DNA of 64,000 nt from Acidimicrobiia bacterium (GTDB lineage Bacteria; Actinomycetota; Acidimicrobiia; Spongiisociales; UBA5794), in NCBI GenBank assembly GCA_024762335.1, contig JANTHO010000006.1, positions 1,912 through 65,911 of the forward strand, in the 5' to 3' direction. Positions 26,177 through 35,624 of the stretch are shown here, piece by piece (within the stretch, counting starts at the first letter, position 1; each line of letters starts with the position of its first letter). The notes beneath the pieces were generated by a model. That model saw nothing but the letters and a program-made list of their open reading frames with translations. It did no database searches and had not been told where the DNA came from. The translations under genes and the position numbers were made by a program.

Positions 26177-27820
26177 TTAGATCCCTTGGGAACCAGTGCA
26201 GTCTCGCGGCACGATTCTGGATACGCGGTCGCTCACCGACGGGGGCTCGTCAATCGTCATTCCATCGGCGGTCTTGTGGGGGCTCACGAACGGATCGAGC
26301 GGCGCGAACGGCATGGCCGGTGACATCTCGGTCGAGAACGGATGGTCTCCGATGTCGACGGTGACAGCCGGTTCGGCGATGCACACACCGTCGCGAAGTC
26401 GGGCGAGCCGGGTGGTCAGATCCACTCCCGCCAGGTGAAGGGGGAGCGACAGATTGAGGCCCCCTACGGCCATGAAATCGGATCGACGAATCGCAACTGC
26501 CACCCCGCCGACGGCGGTCACCTCACGAGCCACCTCGAGAAACGGAACCGCTACCCGCTCATGACCGTGACCGTACGGGCGGGCACGCCCCCCCGAACCG
26601 ATCCATCCGAGTTCGACGACCGAGCCGTTCCCACCGATGATCATCGGTCCGACGGCGGCGACCGAGGGATCGTGAAGCCACCCGGCTAACTGCAGGGCCA
26701 TCCCGTCGTCGATGGAGATGCCCTGCAACGTCAGTATCACGACGTCGGAGGCCGCCCTCCGGACTGCCGCGTTCACCTCGGCACTCGATGAGCCGCTCAC
26801 GATCAGGCTGGTTCCCGGAGCGGACTCGAACCGCACAACGAACCGATAGGGTCCAGCATTGGGAGCATCGGCGATGCGGGCATCGATGCCGCGACGGGTG
26901 ACGGCAGCCTGAACGGAGCGTCGGGCCGCATCCAACGCCCACGGTTTCACATGCTCGTCACCGGCCACCGACCGGTCACTTTGACGCCAGTGGTAGAGCA
27001 CCTTTGGGATGTGGCTGAATCGGTGTGGGGTTTCGGAGAGGCGCAGCAATAGATCGTGATCTTGTGCGCCCGACATCGACGGGTCCAGACCCCCGACCGT
27101 CCGTAGCACTTCGCTGCGCACGGCCATCAGATGATTCACGTAGTTCATACCGAGGAGGAGGCGTGGTGACCAAGCGGGTTTCATGAAAGGACGAATACGA
27201 TCGCCGGATTCGGTGAGTTGATCCTCGTCTGTGTAGATGACGTCGGCGTCACGCGTCGCAAGCGTCAACCACTCGATGGCGTCCGGTGCCAATTCGTCGT
27301 CGTGGTCGACGAAGGCTATGAAGTCTCCCGAGGCCCGGTCGATGCCCATGTTGGTCGCTGAGGCAATCCCGCGATTTGACGCGGATCGAAGTACGGCTAC
27401 GAGCGGATCTTGTTCGAAGCGCGCCAGGAGAGCAGCAATTTCCGGGTCCATTGAGCCGTCGTCAACGAGGATCAACTCTCGGACGGAGACTGATTGATCG
27501 AGGACCGAACGAACGCATTTGGCCAACATCGATGGTGGCGTGTCGAACACGGGACAGACAACCGAGACGTGACCGGGTGTCTGCCCGGTCGGAGGTCGGA
27601 GGTCGTCGTAGGCTGACACCCACGGTCCGTACTCGGCAGGAATCGAGTCGATTGGGCGGCCCCGCGCTCGCCACCGCAAGTAGGCGGCGACGTCTTTCAC
27701 CGAAGACACAGACTCTCCGAAGACACCGCACCCGAGCCGGAGATGACGGGTGATCCGGCCGGCACCGTCATGCCGGAGGTCGACCGATAGAGTGGTACCG
27801 CAACCCTGCAGCGGCTGCAT
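26177..27820 (-). CDS. Glycosyltransferase family 2 (two-lobed)
   Basis: VSVVCPVFDTPPSMLAKCVRSVLDQSVSVRELILVDDGSMDPE ... FVDHDDELAPDA. The annotated start overlaps the ugd 3' end by 53 nt, so the true start may be further downstream. Confidence 0.8.
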   Translation of the reverse strand: MQPLQGCGTTLSVDLRHDGAGRITRHLRLGCGVFGESVSSVKDVAAYLRWRARGRPIDSIPAEYGPWVSAYDDLRPPTGQTPGHVSVVCPVFDTPPSMLAKCVRSVLDQSVSVRELILVDDGSMDPEIAALLARFEQDPLVAVLRSASNRGIASATNMGIDRASGDFIAFVDHDDELAPDAIEWLTLATRDADVIYTDEDQLTESGDRIRPFMKPAWSPRLLLGMNYVNHLMAVRSEVLRTVGGLDPSMSGAQDHDLLLRLSETPHRFSHIPKVLYHWRQSDRSVAGDEHVKPWALDAARRSVQAAVTRRGIDARIADAPNAGPYRFVVRFESAPGTSLIVSGSSSAEVNAAVRRAASDVVILTLQGISIDDGMALQLAGWLHDPSVAAVGPMIIGGNGSVVELGWIGSGGRARPYGHGHERVAVPFLEVAREVTAVGGVAVAIRRSDFMAVGGLNLSLPLHLAGVDLTTRLARLRDGVCIAEPAVTVDIGDHPFSTEMSPAMPFAPLDPFVSPHKTADGMTIDEPPSVSDRVSRIVPRDCTGSQGI

Positions 27821-29075
27821 CAGCCGGTTCGTAGAGGTTGCGGAGGTCTATGACGACCGGCGCGGCGAGTCGTTCCCGTACCTCGTTCAGATCGAAAGTC
27901 GAGAATTCGGGCCACTCAGTTGCGATGACGAGCGCGGCCGCGCCGTCAATGGCGGAGGAGGCGTTCTTCGCGTAGTCGATCGATGGCAGCAGGCTTCGTG
28001 CTCGCTCCATGCCTCTGGGGTCGTAGGCGACGACCGACGCACCGCGACCGACGAGATCTCGGATGATGTGGAGCGCTGGGCTCTCACGGAGGTCGTCGGT
28101 GTTCGCCTTGAACGTCAAGCCGAGGACCGCGATCCGTTTGCCGACGACGGTCCCGCCGATCGCGTTGGTGATCTTGTCGGCCATCCAGCGCACGCGGTTT
28201 CGATTCACATCTACGGCTGCGGCCAGAAGCCGCGACGGTGCCCCGTGGACCTGAGTCGTGTGGAGAAGCGCCTGTGTGTCCTTCGGGAAGCACGACCCCC
28301 CGAAACCGGGCCCTGCGGCAAGGAATCGGCTGGAAATGCGACTATCGAGACCCATGCCGAGGGCGACATCTGCGATCGACGCCCCGGTCTGTTCGCACAG
28401 ATCCGCCATCTCGTTGATGAACGAGAGCTTGGTTGCAAGGAACGCGTTCGATGAATACTTGATCAATTCTGCCGTCTCCAGGTTGGTGGAGACGACGGGT
28501 ACCCCCATCTGGATCAATGGGTTGTAGATCTGATGGATCGTACGGCGGGACCGTTCGTCGTCGGCGCCGATCACGATGCGGTCGGGGTGCATGAAGTCGT
28601 CAACAGCGTTGCCCTGACGAAGGAATTCCGGGTTCGAACCAATGGTGATAGGGATGTCGGGGCGCAACCTCGCCAGTTGACGGGCAACGTCACCGTTCGT
28701 GCCGACGGGAACCGTCGACTTCATTACCACCGTCGTTGCCTCGGTCAGATAGGGGGCCATCATCCTGACCGACGCTTCGACATGCGTTAGGTCTGCCTCG
28801 CCCGTATCGGACGATGGTGTGCCGACGGCGATGAACACAGCGTCGGACTCGGGGATCGTCGATCTGTACTTCGTGCTGAATCGGAGTTTCCCTCGCTCGA
28901 CATTTCGTCGGATCATGCCGTCGAGGCCGGGTTCGAAAATGGGGACGCGAGACTCATCGAGTTCGGAGATCTTCGATTCGTCGATGTCGAGGCAAGCGAC
29001 GGTATGCCCAAGCTCCGCGAGGCACGCGCCGGTGACAAGGCCGACGTAGCCGGTACCGATCATTGTGATTCGCAT
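27768..29075 (-). CDS. ugd: UDP-glucose 6-dehydrogenase
   Basis: MRITMIGTGYVGLVTGACLAELGHTV, GFGGSCFPKD catalytic Cys motif. Start trimmed to the ATG at 29075. Confidence 0.95.
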   Translation of the reverse strand: MRITMIGTGYVGLVTGACLAELGHTVACLDIDESKISELDESRVPIFEPGLDGMIRRNVERGKLRFSTKYRSTIPESDAVFIAVGTPSSDTGEADLTHVEASVRMMAPYLTEATTVVMKSTVPVGTNGDVARQLARLRPDIPITIGSNPEFLRQGNAVDDFMHPDRIVIGADDERSRRTIHQIYNPLIQMGVPVVSTNLETAELIKYSSNAFLATKLSFINEMADLCEQTGASIADVALGMGLDSRISSRFLAAGPGFGGSCFPKDTQALLHTTQVHGAPSRLLAAAVDVNRNRVRWMADKITNAIGGTVVGKRIAVLGLTFKANTDDLRESPALHIIRDLVGRGASVVAYDPRGMERARSLLPSIDYAKNASSAIDGAAALVIATEWPEFSTFDLNEVRERLAAPVVIDLRNLYEPADAAAAGLRYHSIGRPPA

Positions 29076-29086
29076 GGCGCCTGAGT

Positions 29087-30127
29087 CTACGGGTGTCTCG
29101 GACTGTCGTCGGAAACGAAGGCGGCGAACTGCACGGCAGCTCGCGCGTCGTGTGCGGTCATCCATGCCCGCGCGCGCTCGACGCCTTCTGAGCGATGTTC
29201 GAGCAGTCGCAGGGCCTTTTCAGCGATCGCTCTCGGATTGTCCGTCTCTGCAACCGTGGTCATCTCGTAGAGAACCTGGTCCTCGCGGAACAGCGCCGAC
29301 GTAGCAGACACGAGGCACGGTACTCCGGTTAAGTAGCTCTCCATGGGCATCATCGGATGGCACTCCGAGAGTGTCACGTTGAAATTCAGCGTCATACTCG
29401 CCTGGAGACCGACGAAATCTCCCCACGCGAGATCGCCGTGCTCGACGATGTCCACGTCTTCGAGATAGTCGACGGCAGGTCGGTGTGCTACGTGTGCTCT
29501 GCCATTGAGCAGAGCGACTGCACCGAGCTGCGTCGTGACATTCTTGCGCCAGTACGGGTCGAGGAAGACACCGATGTTCAGTCCGTCTTCGAGAGGGACC
29601 GTCTCGTAGCCGGTGAGATTCGGCACCCGGTTCGGGACGTAGAAAGCGTTGTAGCCGAACGAGCGGAACACCTCGGCAAGGCCATCCTTGACGAACCCGA
29701 CCCTATCGACGGAACCGACCTTCGAGAGGTTCAGTGCCTCCGAGACGGCCTCTCCCTCCCCGGCATCCGTGCCGTGCTGGGCCATGGACGAATGGAACAC
29801 GACGGCGGTGCGAATTCCCCGTCGCGATGCGTGTTCCAGGAGTGCAGCGCTGCCCGGTGGCCACGCCTGGACGACGAGCGTCTGAACGCCGTTCTCGGCG
29901 AACTCGCCGGCAAGTGCCTCGGCGTGACCGGTGAAGTCGGGCGACTCGACCACAGGAGTTCGAAATGCGTGCGTGGCGGTCCGCACGCCGCGCCAGTCCG
30001 GATGGCAGACCTGCACGACGCTCCGTTCCACCCCGTCCAGATCGGTCCATGCTCCAAAGGATCGATGGAGGGGAGGTGTCCGATCGACCCGGGAAGCCCG
30101 CTCCGGGCGTCGGAAGCGGTCAAGCAT
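29087..30127 (-). CDS. Probable glycosyltransferase, GT-B fold (divergent group 1)
   Basis: 346 aa. C-terminal half (ECHPMMPMESYLTGVPCLVS) resembles the E-x7-E region of GT4 enzymes. The ATG at 30127 overlaps the wecB stop by 8 nt. Confidence 0.6.
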   Translation of the reverse strand: MLDRFRRPERASRVDRTPPLHRSFGAWTDLDGVERSVVQVCHPDWRGVRTATHAFRTPVVESPDFTGHAEALAGEFAENGVQTLVVQAWPPGSAALLEHASRRGIRTAVVFHSSMAQHGTDAGEGEAVSEALNLSKVGSVDRVGFVKDGLAEVFRSFGYNAFYVPNRVPNLTGYETVPLEDGLNIGVFLDPYWRKNVTTQLGAVALLNGRAHVAHRPAVDYLEDVDIVEHGDLAWGDFVGLQASMTLNFNVTLSECHPMMPMESYLTGVPCLVSATSALFREDQVLYEMTTVAETDNPRAIAEKALRLLEHRSEGVERARAWMTAHDARAAVQFAAFVSDDSPRHP

Positions 30128-31220
30128 GAACGGCCTCGACGATCGCATCGACCGTGCTTTGAGGAGCCGTCGAATCCCCGTAGGGGGAGGGCAACTGTGA
30201 CAGGCCGCGGTGAAGTTGCTCGAGATCACCGAGCCAGTCATTCGCTGTGGCTCCTATGGCGGGTCCCGGGTCAACGAGCTCTGCGAAAGTCCCGAGGACT
30301 TCCGGACGTTCTGTCGATCGCCGCACGACGATGAGGGGTCGTTTGTACACCGATACCTCCTCCTGGACACCGCCCGAGTCGGAGATGAGGAGGGCCGCTT
30401 CCGAACCGAGAGCGAGGAAGTCCCGGTAGCCGACCGGGTCGACGACGACCAGACTCGACAGTGCTGTCCCCATGTCGAACTCCTCGATCCTGCGGACAGT
30501 TCGGGGGTGGAGCGGGAGGATCACGGGAAGGGGAATGGACGCAAGCTGATCCAGGATGGCACTCAGATTCGCGGGGTCATCGACGTTCTCGGGGCGATGG
30601 AACGTCGACAGGACGAACCGGTTCGGTTCGACGCCGAACCGGCTGAGCGTTTCCCGTCGAACCTCCGGCTCCGGCATGAGACGCTGCACGGCCTCCACGA
30701 TGGTGTTGCCTGTGATCACGATTCGTTCGTCGTCGATTCGTTCGGCGAGGAGATTCTCGCGGTTCGCCGCCGTCGCTGCGAGGCACCGGTCCGAGAGATG
30801 GTCGGTGATGACGCGATTGTGCTCTTCGGGCATCCGACGATCGAAGCTCCTGAGTCCTGCTTCTACGTGGACGAGGGGAATGCCCGTAGCATTGGCGGCC
30901 AGCGCACCGGCGGCGACCGTGTTCGTGTCTCCCTGGACGACGACCGCGAGCGGCCGGTCCTGTGAGAACAGCTCGTCGAGACCTGCCGTGGCGCGACCGA
31001 TCTGCGTTCCACGACGCTCGGCGCCGATGCCGATATGCACGTCGGGGCGGTGCATTCCGAACTCGTCGAAAAAGACGCCCGAAAGCTCCGGGTCGTAGTG
31101 CTGGCCCGTGTAGATGACACGCGCCGCATCCCCCAGGAGGCGAACCGTACCGGCAAGCTTGATGATCTCTGGACGCGTCCCGAGAACGACGGCGACGGAG
31201 CGACTGGGAAGTTCGGTCAC
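30120..31220 (-). CDS. wecB: UDP-N-acetylglucosamine 2-epimerase (non-hydrolysing)
   Basis: VAVVLGTRPEIIKLA, VVVQGDTNTV, HVEAGLRSFDRRMPEEHNR, SDSGGVQEE. Confidence 0.95.
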   Translation of the reverse strand: MTELPSRSVAVVLGTRPEIIKLAGTVRLLGDAARVIYTGQHYDPELSGVFFDEFGMHRPDVHIGIGAERRGTQIGRATAGLDELFSQDRPLAVVVQGDTNTVAAGALAANATGIPLVHVEAGLRSFDRRMPEEHNRVITDHLSDRCLAATAANRENLLAERIDDERIVITGNTIVEAVQRLMPEPEVRRETLSRFGVEPNRFVLSTFHRPENVDDPANLSAILDQLASIPLPVILPLHPRTVRRIEEFDMGTALSSLVVVDPVGYRDFLALGSEAALLISDSGGVQEEVSVYKRPLIVVRRSTERPEVLGTFAELVDPGPAIGATANDWLGDLEQLHRGLSQLPSPYGDSTAPQSTVDAIVEAVHA

Positions 31221-31265
31221 GCTGGGTCCTGCCTGTTACGGGTACGCGGTACGCTTTGGGTCGTC

Positions 31266-32447
31266 ATGCTACGGCTTCTCGCATCCATCCCGCAGGCTCT
31301 GATCGCCGCTCTCGCCGGGTACAACGCAATCGTGGCACTCTGGGGATGGAAGGACCGTACACCCGCACCGACCGCAGCGGCGCGCAGGATCCGCGTTGTC
31401 ATCCCCGCTCACAACGAGGCCACCGTCATCGGCAATCTCGTCGCAGATCTCCAGAACCAGAACTTCCCGACCGATCTGACCGAGATCGTCGTCATCGCGG
31501 ATCGTTGCACCGACGGGACCGTCGGTGCGTCTGCACCCGTTCGCGCTGTCGAACGCGATGAAGGGGCCGAGGGGAAGGGTGCCGCCATCGCGTGGCACCT
31601 GAACAGCGAACCCCTGGATCCAACCGATATTCTCGTCGTCATCGACGCCGACAACCGGGTGCCGTCGAACTTTCTTGAACGCATATGCGCCGAGATCACT
31701 GCCGGACACGATGTCGTCCAGTGTTGTCTCGACGTTACGAATCCAGACGAGTCCCCGATGACGCTCGCGTCGGCCCTGTCCTACTGGGCCGGGAACCGGA
31801 TGGTCCAACTCGCCCGTTCGAATCTCGGATGGTCGGCCGATCTCGGAGGGACCGGAATGGCATTCACGGGCGTGGCACTGGCTGAGGTCGGCGGCTTTGG
31901 CGAAGGCCTCACGGAAGATCAGGAACTCGGCGTGCGGTTTGCTCTCGCAGGCCGTACGGTCGAGTGGCTCCACGAAGTTCGGATCTACGACGAGAAACCT
32001 GCAGGTGCTGTTCCTGCCGTCCGTCAGCGGGCTCGGTGGATGGCAGGTAGGCGTGCCGTCGCGCGTCGGTATCTCGGCTCTCTTTGGAAGGGCGCCGCGC
32101 GGGAGCGGTCAATCCGTCTGTTCGACGTCGGTTTGCGACTGATACAGCCCGGACGGTCGTTCATCGCAGCGCTCTCGGGAGTCCTCGCGTTGACCTCGTG
32201 GGTGACGCGGTCGCGTCTCCTGTTCCCGTGGCCGGTGTGGGGTGCAATCACCGCAGTACAGTTCTTCGAGCCGATCCCGTTCCTCGCGCGCGACGGTGTC
32301 GATCGCCGGTACTTGCTTCGTTATCCATTCCTGGCGATCCTCGGCATCCTGTGGATTCCGATCCGTGTCGCGAGCGCCGTGGCGACCGGCTGGGGCCACA
32401 CCCCGCACAAAGGCACAGATCCCGAAGTGTCGACCCCGGTCGTGTAG
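31266..32447 (+). CDS. Membrane-embedded processive-type GT2 synthase (D, DxD, ED, QxxRW motifs)
   Basis: N-terminal TM, IRVVIPAHNEATVI, VVIDADNRVP, LTEDQELGVR, VRQRARWMAGR (QxxRW at about 32029-32049) and C-terminal TM helices. Start trimmed to the ATG at 31266. Confidence 0.85.
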   Translation: MLRLLASIPQALIAALAGYNAIVALWGWKDRTPAPTAAARRIRVVIPAHNEATVIGNLVADLQNQNFPTDLTEIVVIADRCTDGTVGASAPVRAVERDEGAEGKGAAIAWHLNSEPLDPTDILVVIDADNRVPSNFLERICAEITAGHDVVQCCLDVTNPDESPMTLASALSYWAGNRMVQLARSNLGWSADLGGTGMAFTGVALAEVGGFGEGLTEDQELGVRFALAGRTVEWLHEVRIYDEKPAGAVPAVRQRARWMAGRRAVARRYLGSLWKGAARERSIRLFDVGLRLIQPGRSFIAALSGVLALTSWVTRSRLLFPWPVWGAITAVQFFEPIPFLARDGVDRRYLLRYPFLAILGILWIPIRVASAVATGWGHTPHKGTDPEVSTPVV

Positions 32448-32459
32448 GGGGACGCCCCC
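32447..32459. terminator. Short GC hairpin between convergent genes (candidate bidirectional terminator)
   Basis: GGGGG-ACG-CCCCC immediately after the stop of 31266..32447 and 30 nt before the stop of 32489..33472. No T-tract. Confidence 0.3.
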
Positions 32460-32488
32460 CTGCGGCCTCGCCAGAGGGCATTGGGGAT

Positions 32489-33472
32489 TCACGAATCAAT
32501 TGATCGGCGGACCGGGCCGGGACCGCGGAGCAGCCCCCAGGGGAGGCCGATTCCGTAGGACAGGTGCATGATTGCAGCGGCGAACATCACCCCGAGTGTC
32601 GAAGCCTCGGACCGCAGCCCGACGAACAGGAGCCATAGGAGCCACGCCCCGGCAAGTCCAGCGAGCCCCCACCAGAATCCGGTGGCGAAGGCGAGGATCC
32701 CGAAAGCGATCAGCCCCGCGACGAGGAGGGCGGGAGCGAGCGGACGCAATGATGGCAGCCTGCGATTCGCCCACAGCATCTCGGCCTTTCCCATGCCGTA
32801 ACGGAAGTATTGCTTCCACAATGTCCCGAGCGACGTTCGCGGTGCGTATTCGGTCCTGATGGCCGGGTCGACGATCACAGTCCTTCCCTCGGCCCGCCAC
32901 CTCGCATAGAGATCGGCGTCCTCGGAGGTGCCGGAGGGGAACATGCGAAAACCGCCGATGTCGAGAAGGTCCGAACGGCGGAAGGCACCCAGGTAGACGG
33001 TATCGACCTCCTCGCGACGGCGGGCATGATGGAACCGTGCCGGCAGCACCATCGGCGAGTTCATCGCACCGGCGACGGCGGCGGGGAAGCCGCTCAACGC
33101 TACCGGGTTCATGGGGCCGCCGACGGCGACCGCATTCGTCTCGCGAAGCGCGGCAACGGACCGGGCGACGTAATCGGGGGCGTATCGCGTGTGCCCGTCG
33201 GCACGAATGAGTATCTCCCCGGCGGCTCTCTCGGCGGCCAGGTTGAGACCCGGAGACTGACGGCGCTGAGGATTGTCTACCACGACGACGCGAGGCTCGT
33301 TCCCGACCCGGGCTTGTAGTCGTCGACCGGTGCCATCGCTTGACCCACCGTCGGCGACGACAATCTCGATGAATCCCTCGTACTCCTGACCCGTCAGATC
33401 GTCGAGGACGGCGTCGATGTTGTCGACCTCGTTGAGGACGGCGAGGATGATGCTGACGGGCGGCGGTGACAC
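32489..33472 (-). CDS. Glycosyltransferase family 2 with C-terminal TM helices (ExoA-like)
   Basis: VSIILAVLNEVDNIDAVLDDLTGQEYEGFIEIVVADGGSSDGT, followed by four hydrophobic segments at the C-terminus. Confidence 0.85.
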   Translation of the reverse strand: MSPPPVSIILAVLNEVDNIDAVLDDLTGQEYEGFIEIVVADGGSSDGTGRRLQARVGNEPRVVVVDNPQRRQSPGLNLAAERAAGEILIRADGHTRYAPDYVARSVAALRETNAVAVGGPMNPVALSGFPAAVAGAMNSPMVLPARFHHARRREEVDTVYLGAFRRSDLLDIGGFRMFPSGTSEDADLYARWRAEGRTVIVDPAIRTEYAPRTSLGTLWKQYFRYGMGKAEMLWANRRLPSLRPLAPALLVAGLIAFGILAFATGFWWGLAGLAGAWLLWLLFVGLRSEASTLGVMFAAAIMHLSYGIGLPWGLLRGPGPVRRSIDS

Positions 33473-33593
33473 GTTCCAGGAGACTACCGACCTCCGACGC
33501 TTTGACCGTCATGTGGCGGTTTCGCGACTCGGGACGAAGGGTCTTCGCAGTGTTCGAACTCAAGTCTTGCTCGCCGCGGTCGATAGAACACCA

Positions 33594-35573
33594 ATGGAGC
33601 TCACCTTCGTCGCGTCGCGCCGCCTGATCGGTAGTTTCGTTGTGCTGGCCCTCGCGTCGGCTCTCCTTGTCTTGGGCGGTCAACCGGCAGATGCAGCAGG
33701 CATCATCGAGGTACCGGCAGCAGGACGTGCGGCAGGGGGCATCTACTCGTCCGAGTGGCATGTGGCCGACGATTTCGACGCGCTCGCCGCGGCGACGGGC
33801 AAGAGAGTCACGTTCGGCGGAACATTCCACAACATCTTTGAGAACGACCACATCACCACGCCATCCTGGTCGAACACACGAGAGATCCTCGACGAGGTCT
33901 GGCGTGGTCGGGCGACCCCATTCGCGAACGTGGGCATAGATGCTTCAGCGTATCGAATCGCCCGGGGCGACTATGACGCCAAGATCGCAGAGTGGGCGAC
34001 GCATGTGAAGCAATACATCGACCTCGGTGGTGACCGCAGCGTCATCATCGCTCCCTTGCAGGAGATGAACTACGCCGGATCGAAGTGGGGATGCGACCCC
34101 GTCAACTACCAACTCGCCTACAAGAAGTTCGTGGACACGTTCCGTTCGATGGGGTTCGACGAGACGATGGTCCGATGGGCATTCGCTCCGAACAACTGGT
34201 CGTCACCAGGATGCGGGTCGATTGCCGACTACTACCCGGGTGATGGGTACGTCGACGTAATCGGCATCTCCGCCTACAACTGGGGGACATGTGTCGGTTC
34301 GGCATGGGAGACGCCCGCCGCCGTGTTCGGACCGGCTCTCACTGAGATCCGGGCGACCGTGAACGCGACGAAGCCCTACATCATCGCCCAGGTGGCTGCG
34401 CCCCGATCCGCGTCCTGCGGAGGGAACCAGGACGAGTGGGTCCGGGATGCCTTCGCCTACGTGACCGCCGACCCGAATGCTGTCGGCTTGGTCTACTTCA
34501 ATTTCCTCAAGGAGACAGATTGGCGTATCTGGACGAGGCCAACGGTCACAGCCGGATGGAGAGACGCGATGCTGCGACCCTCGACCGTCCACGAATGGCC
34601 GTTGACCTCCTGGTTCCGGCCCGGCACGTTGACGGTGTCGATGCCGGAGGGCGTCGGCAGCAATGTGACCGTTCTCGGGGGGCCGGCCGCGGTTTCCGAC
34701 GCCGCTCTCTATGACATCGTTGGAATGCTGGGCGGGATGCCAAATCGGATTTTCGGACCAAACCGATACAGCACGGCGGCCGCCGTATCAGGCGAGATCT
34801 TCCGACCGGATGTCCCGGCAGTGTTCGTCGCGACGGGAACAGGGTATGCGGATGCCCTCTCTGCTGGGGCAGCAGCCGCTCACCTTGATGGGCCGCTGCT
34901 CCTCGTCACGAAGGATTCCGTTCCGGCTGAGACACGAGCCGAGTTGAACCGTCTCCGACCACGAGCGATCTACGTCGCAGGCGGATCGGCGGTCATCTCG
35001 CAGAGTGTGGTGGATGATCTGGGCCGGTACGCAGGGACGGGCCGGGCCGTTCGCCTCGACGGAGCGAACCGGTACGGGACGGCCGCGGCCGTCGCCGTCG
35101 CGACGTTCCCGGACGGTGTCGGCACGATCTACCTCGCGACGGGCCTGGGCTTCGCTGACGCACTGTCGGCGGGAGCCGCTGCCGCCGCCACGGACGGAGC
35201 CGTCCTCCTGTCGACTCCAGATCGTCTGCCGATGGAGATCGCCGACGCTGTGCGAACTCTGAAACCCGGCGAGGTCGTGCTCGTCGGCGGAACCGCTGCG
35301 CTCTCACCGGCCATCGAGGATGAGTTGCGCAGGCTCGGTGTCAAAACGGTGCGGCGTATCGCCGGCTCCAACCGGTACACCACGTCGGCTGCCGTGTCGG
35401 CCGATGCATTCGGATCGGGTGCGGCCACGGCATTCCTGGCGACCGGGACAAGGTTCCCGGATGCCCTCGCCGGTGCCGCCGCAGCAGGTAAGCTTGGTGT
35501 CCCGCTGTTGCTGACCGATCCGACGAGTGTTCCCCCGGTGATACTCAACGAACTCGATCGTCTGTTCGGATAG
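33594..35573 (+). CDS. Secreted GH26-like glycoside hydrolase domain + 3 x CWB2 (cell wall binding repeat 2)
   Basis: Signal peptide LIGSFVVLALASALLVLGGQPADA. GH26-like LQEMNYAGSKWG and YVDVIGISAYNWG. Three CWB2 modules from about 34663 (PNRYSTAAAVS.., ANRYGTAAAVA.., SNRYTTSAAVS.., each with a (Y/F)(A/P)DAL(S/A)(A/G)(G/A)AAA ... LLL core). Confidence 0.85.
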   Translation: MELTFVASRRLIGSFVVLALASALLVLGGQPADAAGIIEVPAAGRAAGGIYSSEWHVADDFDALAAATGKRVTFGGTFHNIFENDHITTPSWSNTREILDEVWRGRATPFANVGIDASAYRIARGDYDAKIAEWATHVKQYIDLGGDRSVIIAPLQEMNYAGSKWGCDPVNYQLAYKKFVDTFRSMGFDETMVRWAFAPNNWSSPGCGSIADYYPGDGYVDVIGISAYNWGTCVGSAWETPAAVFGPALTEIRATVNATKPYIIAQVAAPRSASCGGNQDEWVRDAFAYVTADPNAVGLVYFNFLKETDWRIWTRPTVTAGWRDAMLRPSTVHEWPLTSWFRPGTLTVSMPEGVGSNVTVLGGPAAVSDAALYDIVGMLGGMPNRIFGPNRYSTAAAVSGEIFRPDVPAVFVATGTGYADALSAGAAAAHLDGPLLLVTKDSVPAETRAELNRLRPRAIYVAGGSAVISQSVVDDLGRYAGTGRAVRLDGANRYGTAAAVAVATFPDGVGTIYLATGLGFADALSAGAAAAATDGAVLLSTPDRLPMEIADAVRTLKPGEVVLVGGTAALSPAIEDELRRLGVKTVRRIAGSNRYTTSAAVSADAFGSGAATAFLATGTRFPDALAGAAAAGKLGVPLLLTDPTSVPPVILNELDRLFG

Positions 35574-35624
35574 GGACAACTACCCGGCCGCGACTTCGTC
35601 GGCTTGATTCCTACACTGCTCGCG

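Noticed and set aside
32496-33851. Long antisense or overlapping ORFs. Examples: 32496..33851 (-) 451 aa, 36840..38513 (-) 557 aa, 39738..41087 (-) 449 aa, 58674..60143 (-) 489 aa, 62794..63753 (-) 319 aa, 5648..6484 (+), 10413..11291 (-), 29357..30334 (+), 50246..51295 (+), 61856..62878 (+).
   Set aside because: All lie opposite or out of frame to ORFs with clear family motifs. Their translations are Arg/Pro/Gly/Ser-rich with no motifs, as expected for shadow ORFs in GC-rich DNA.
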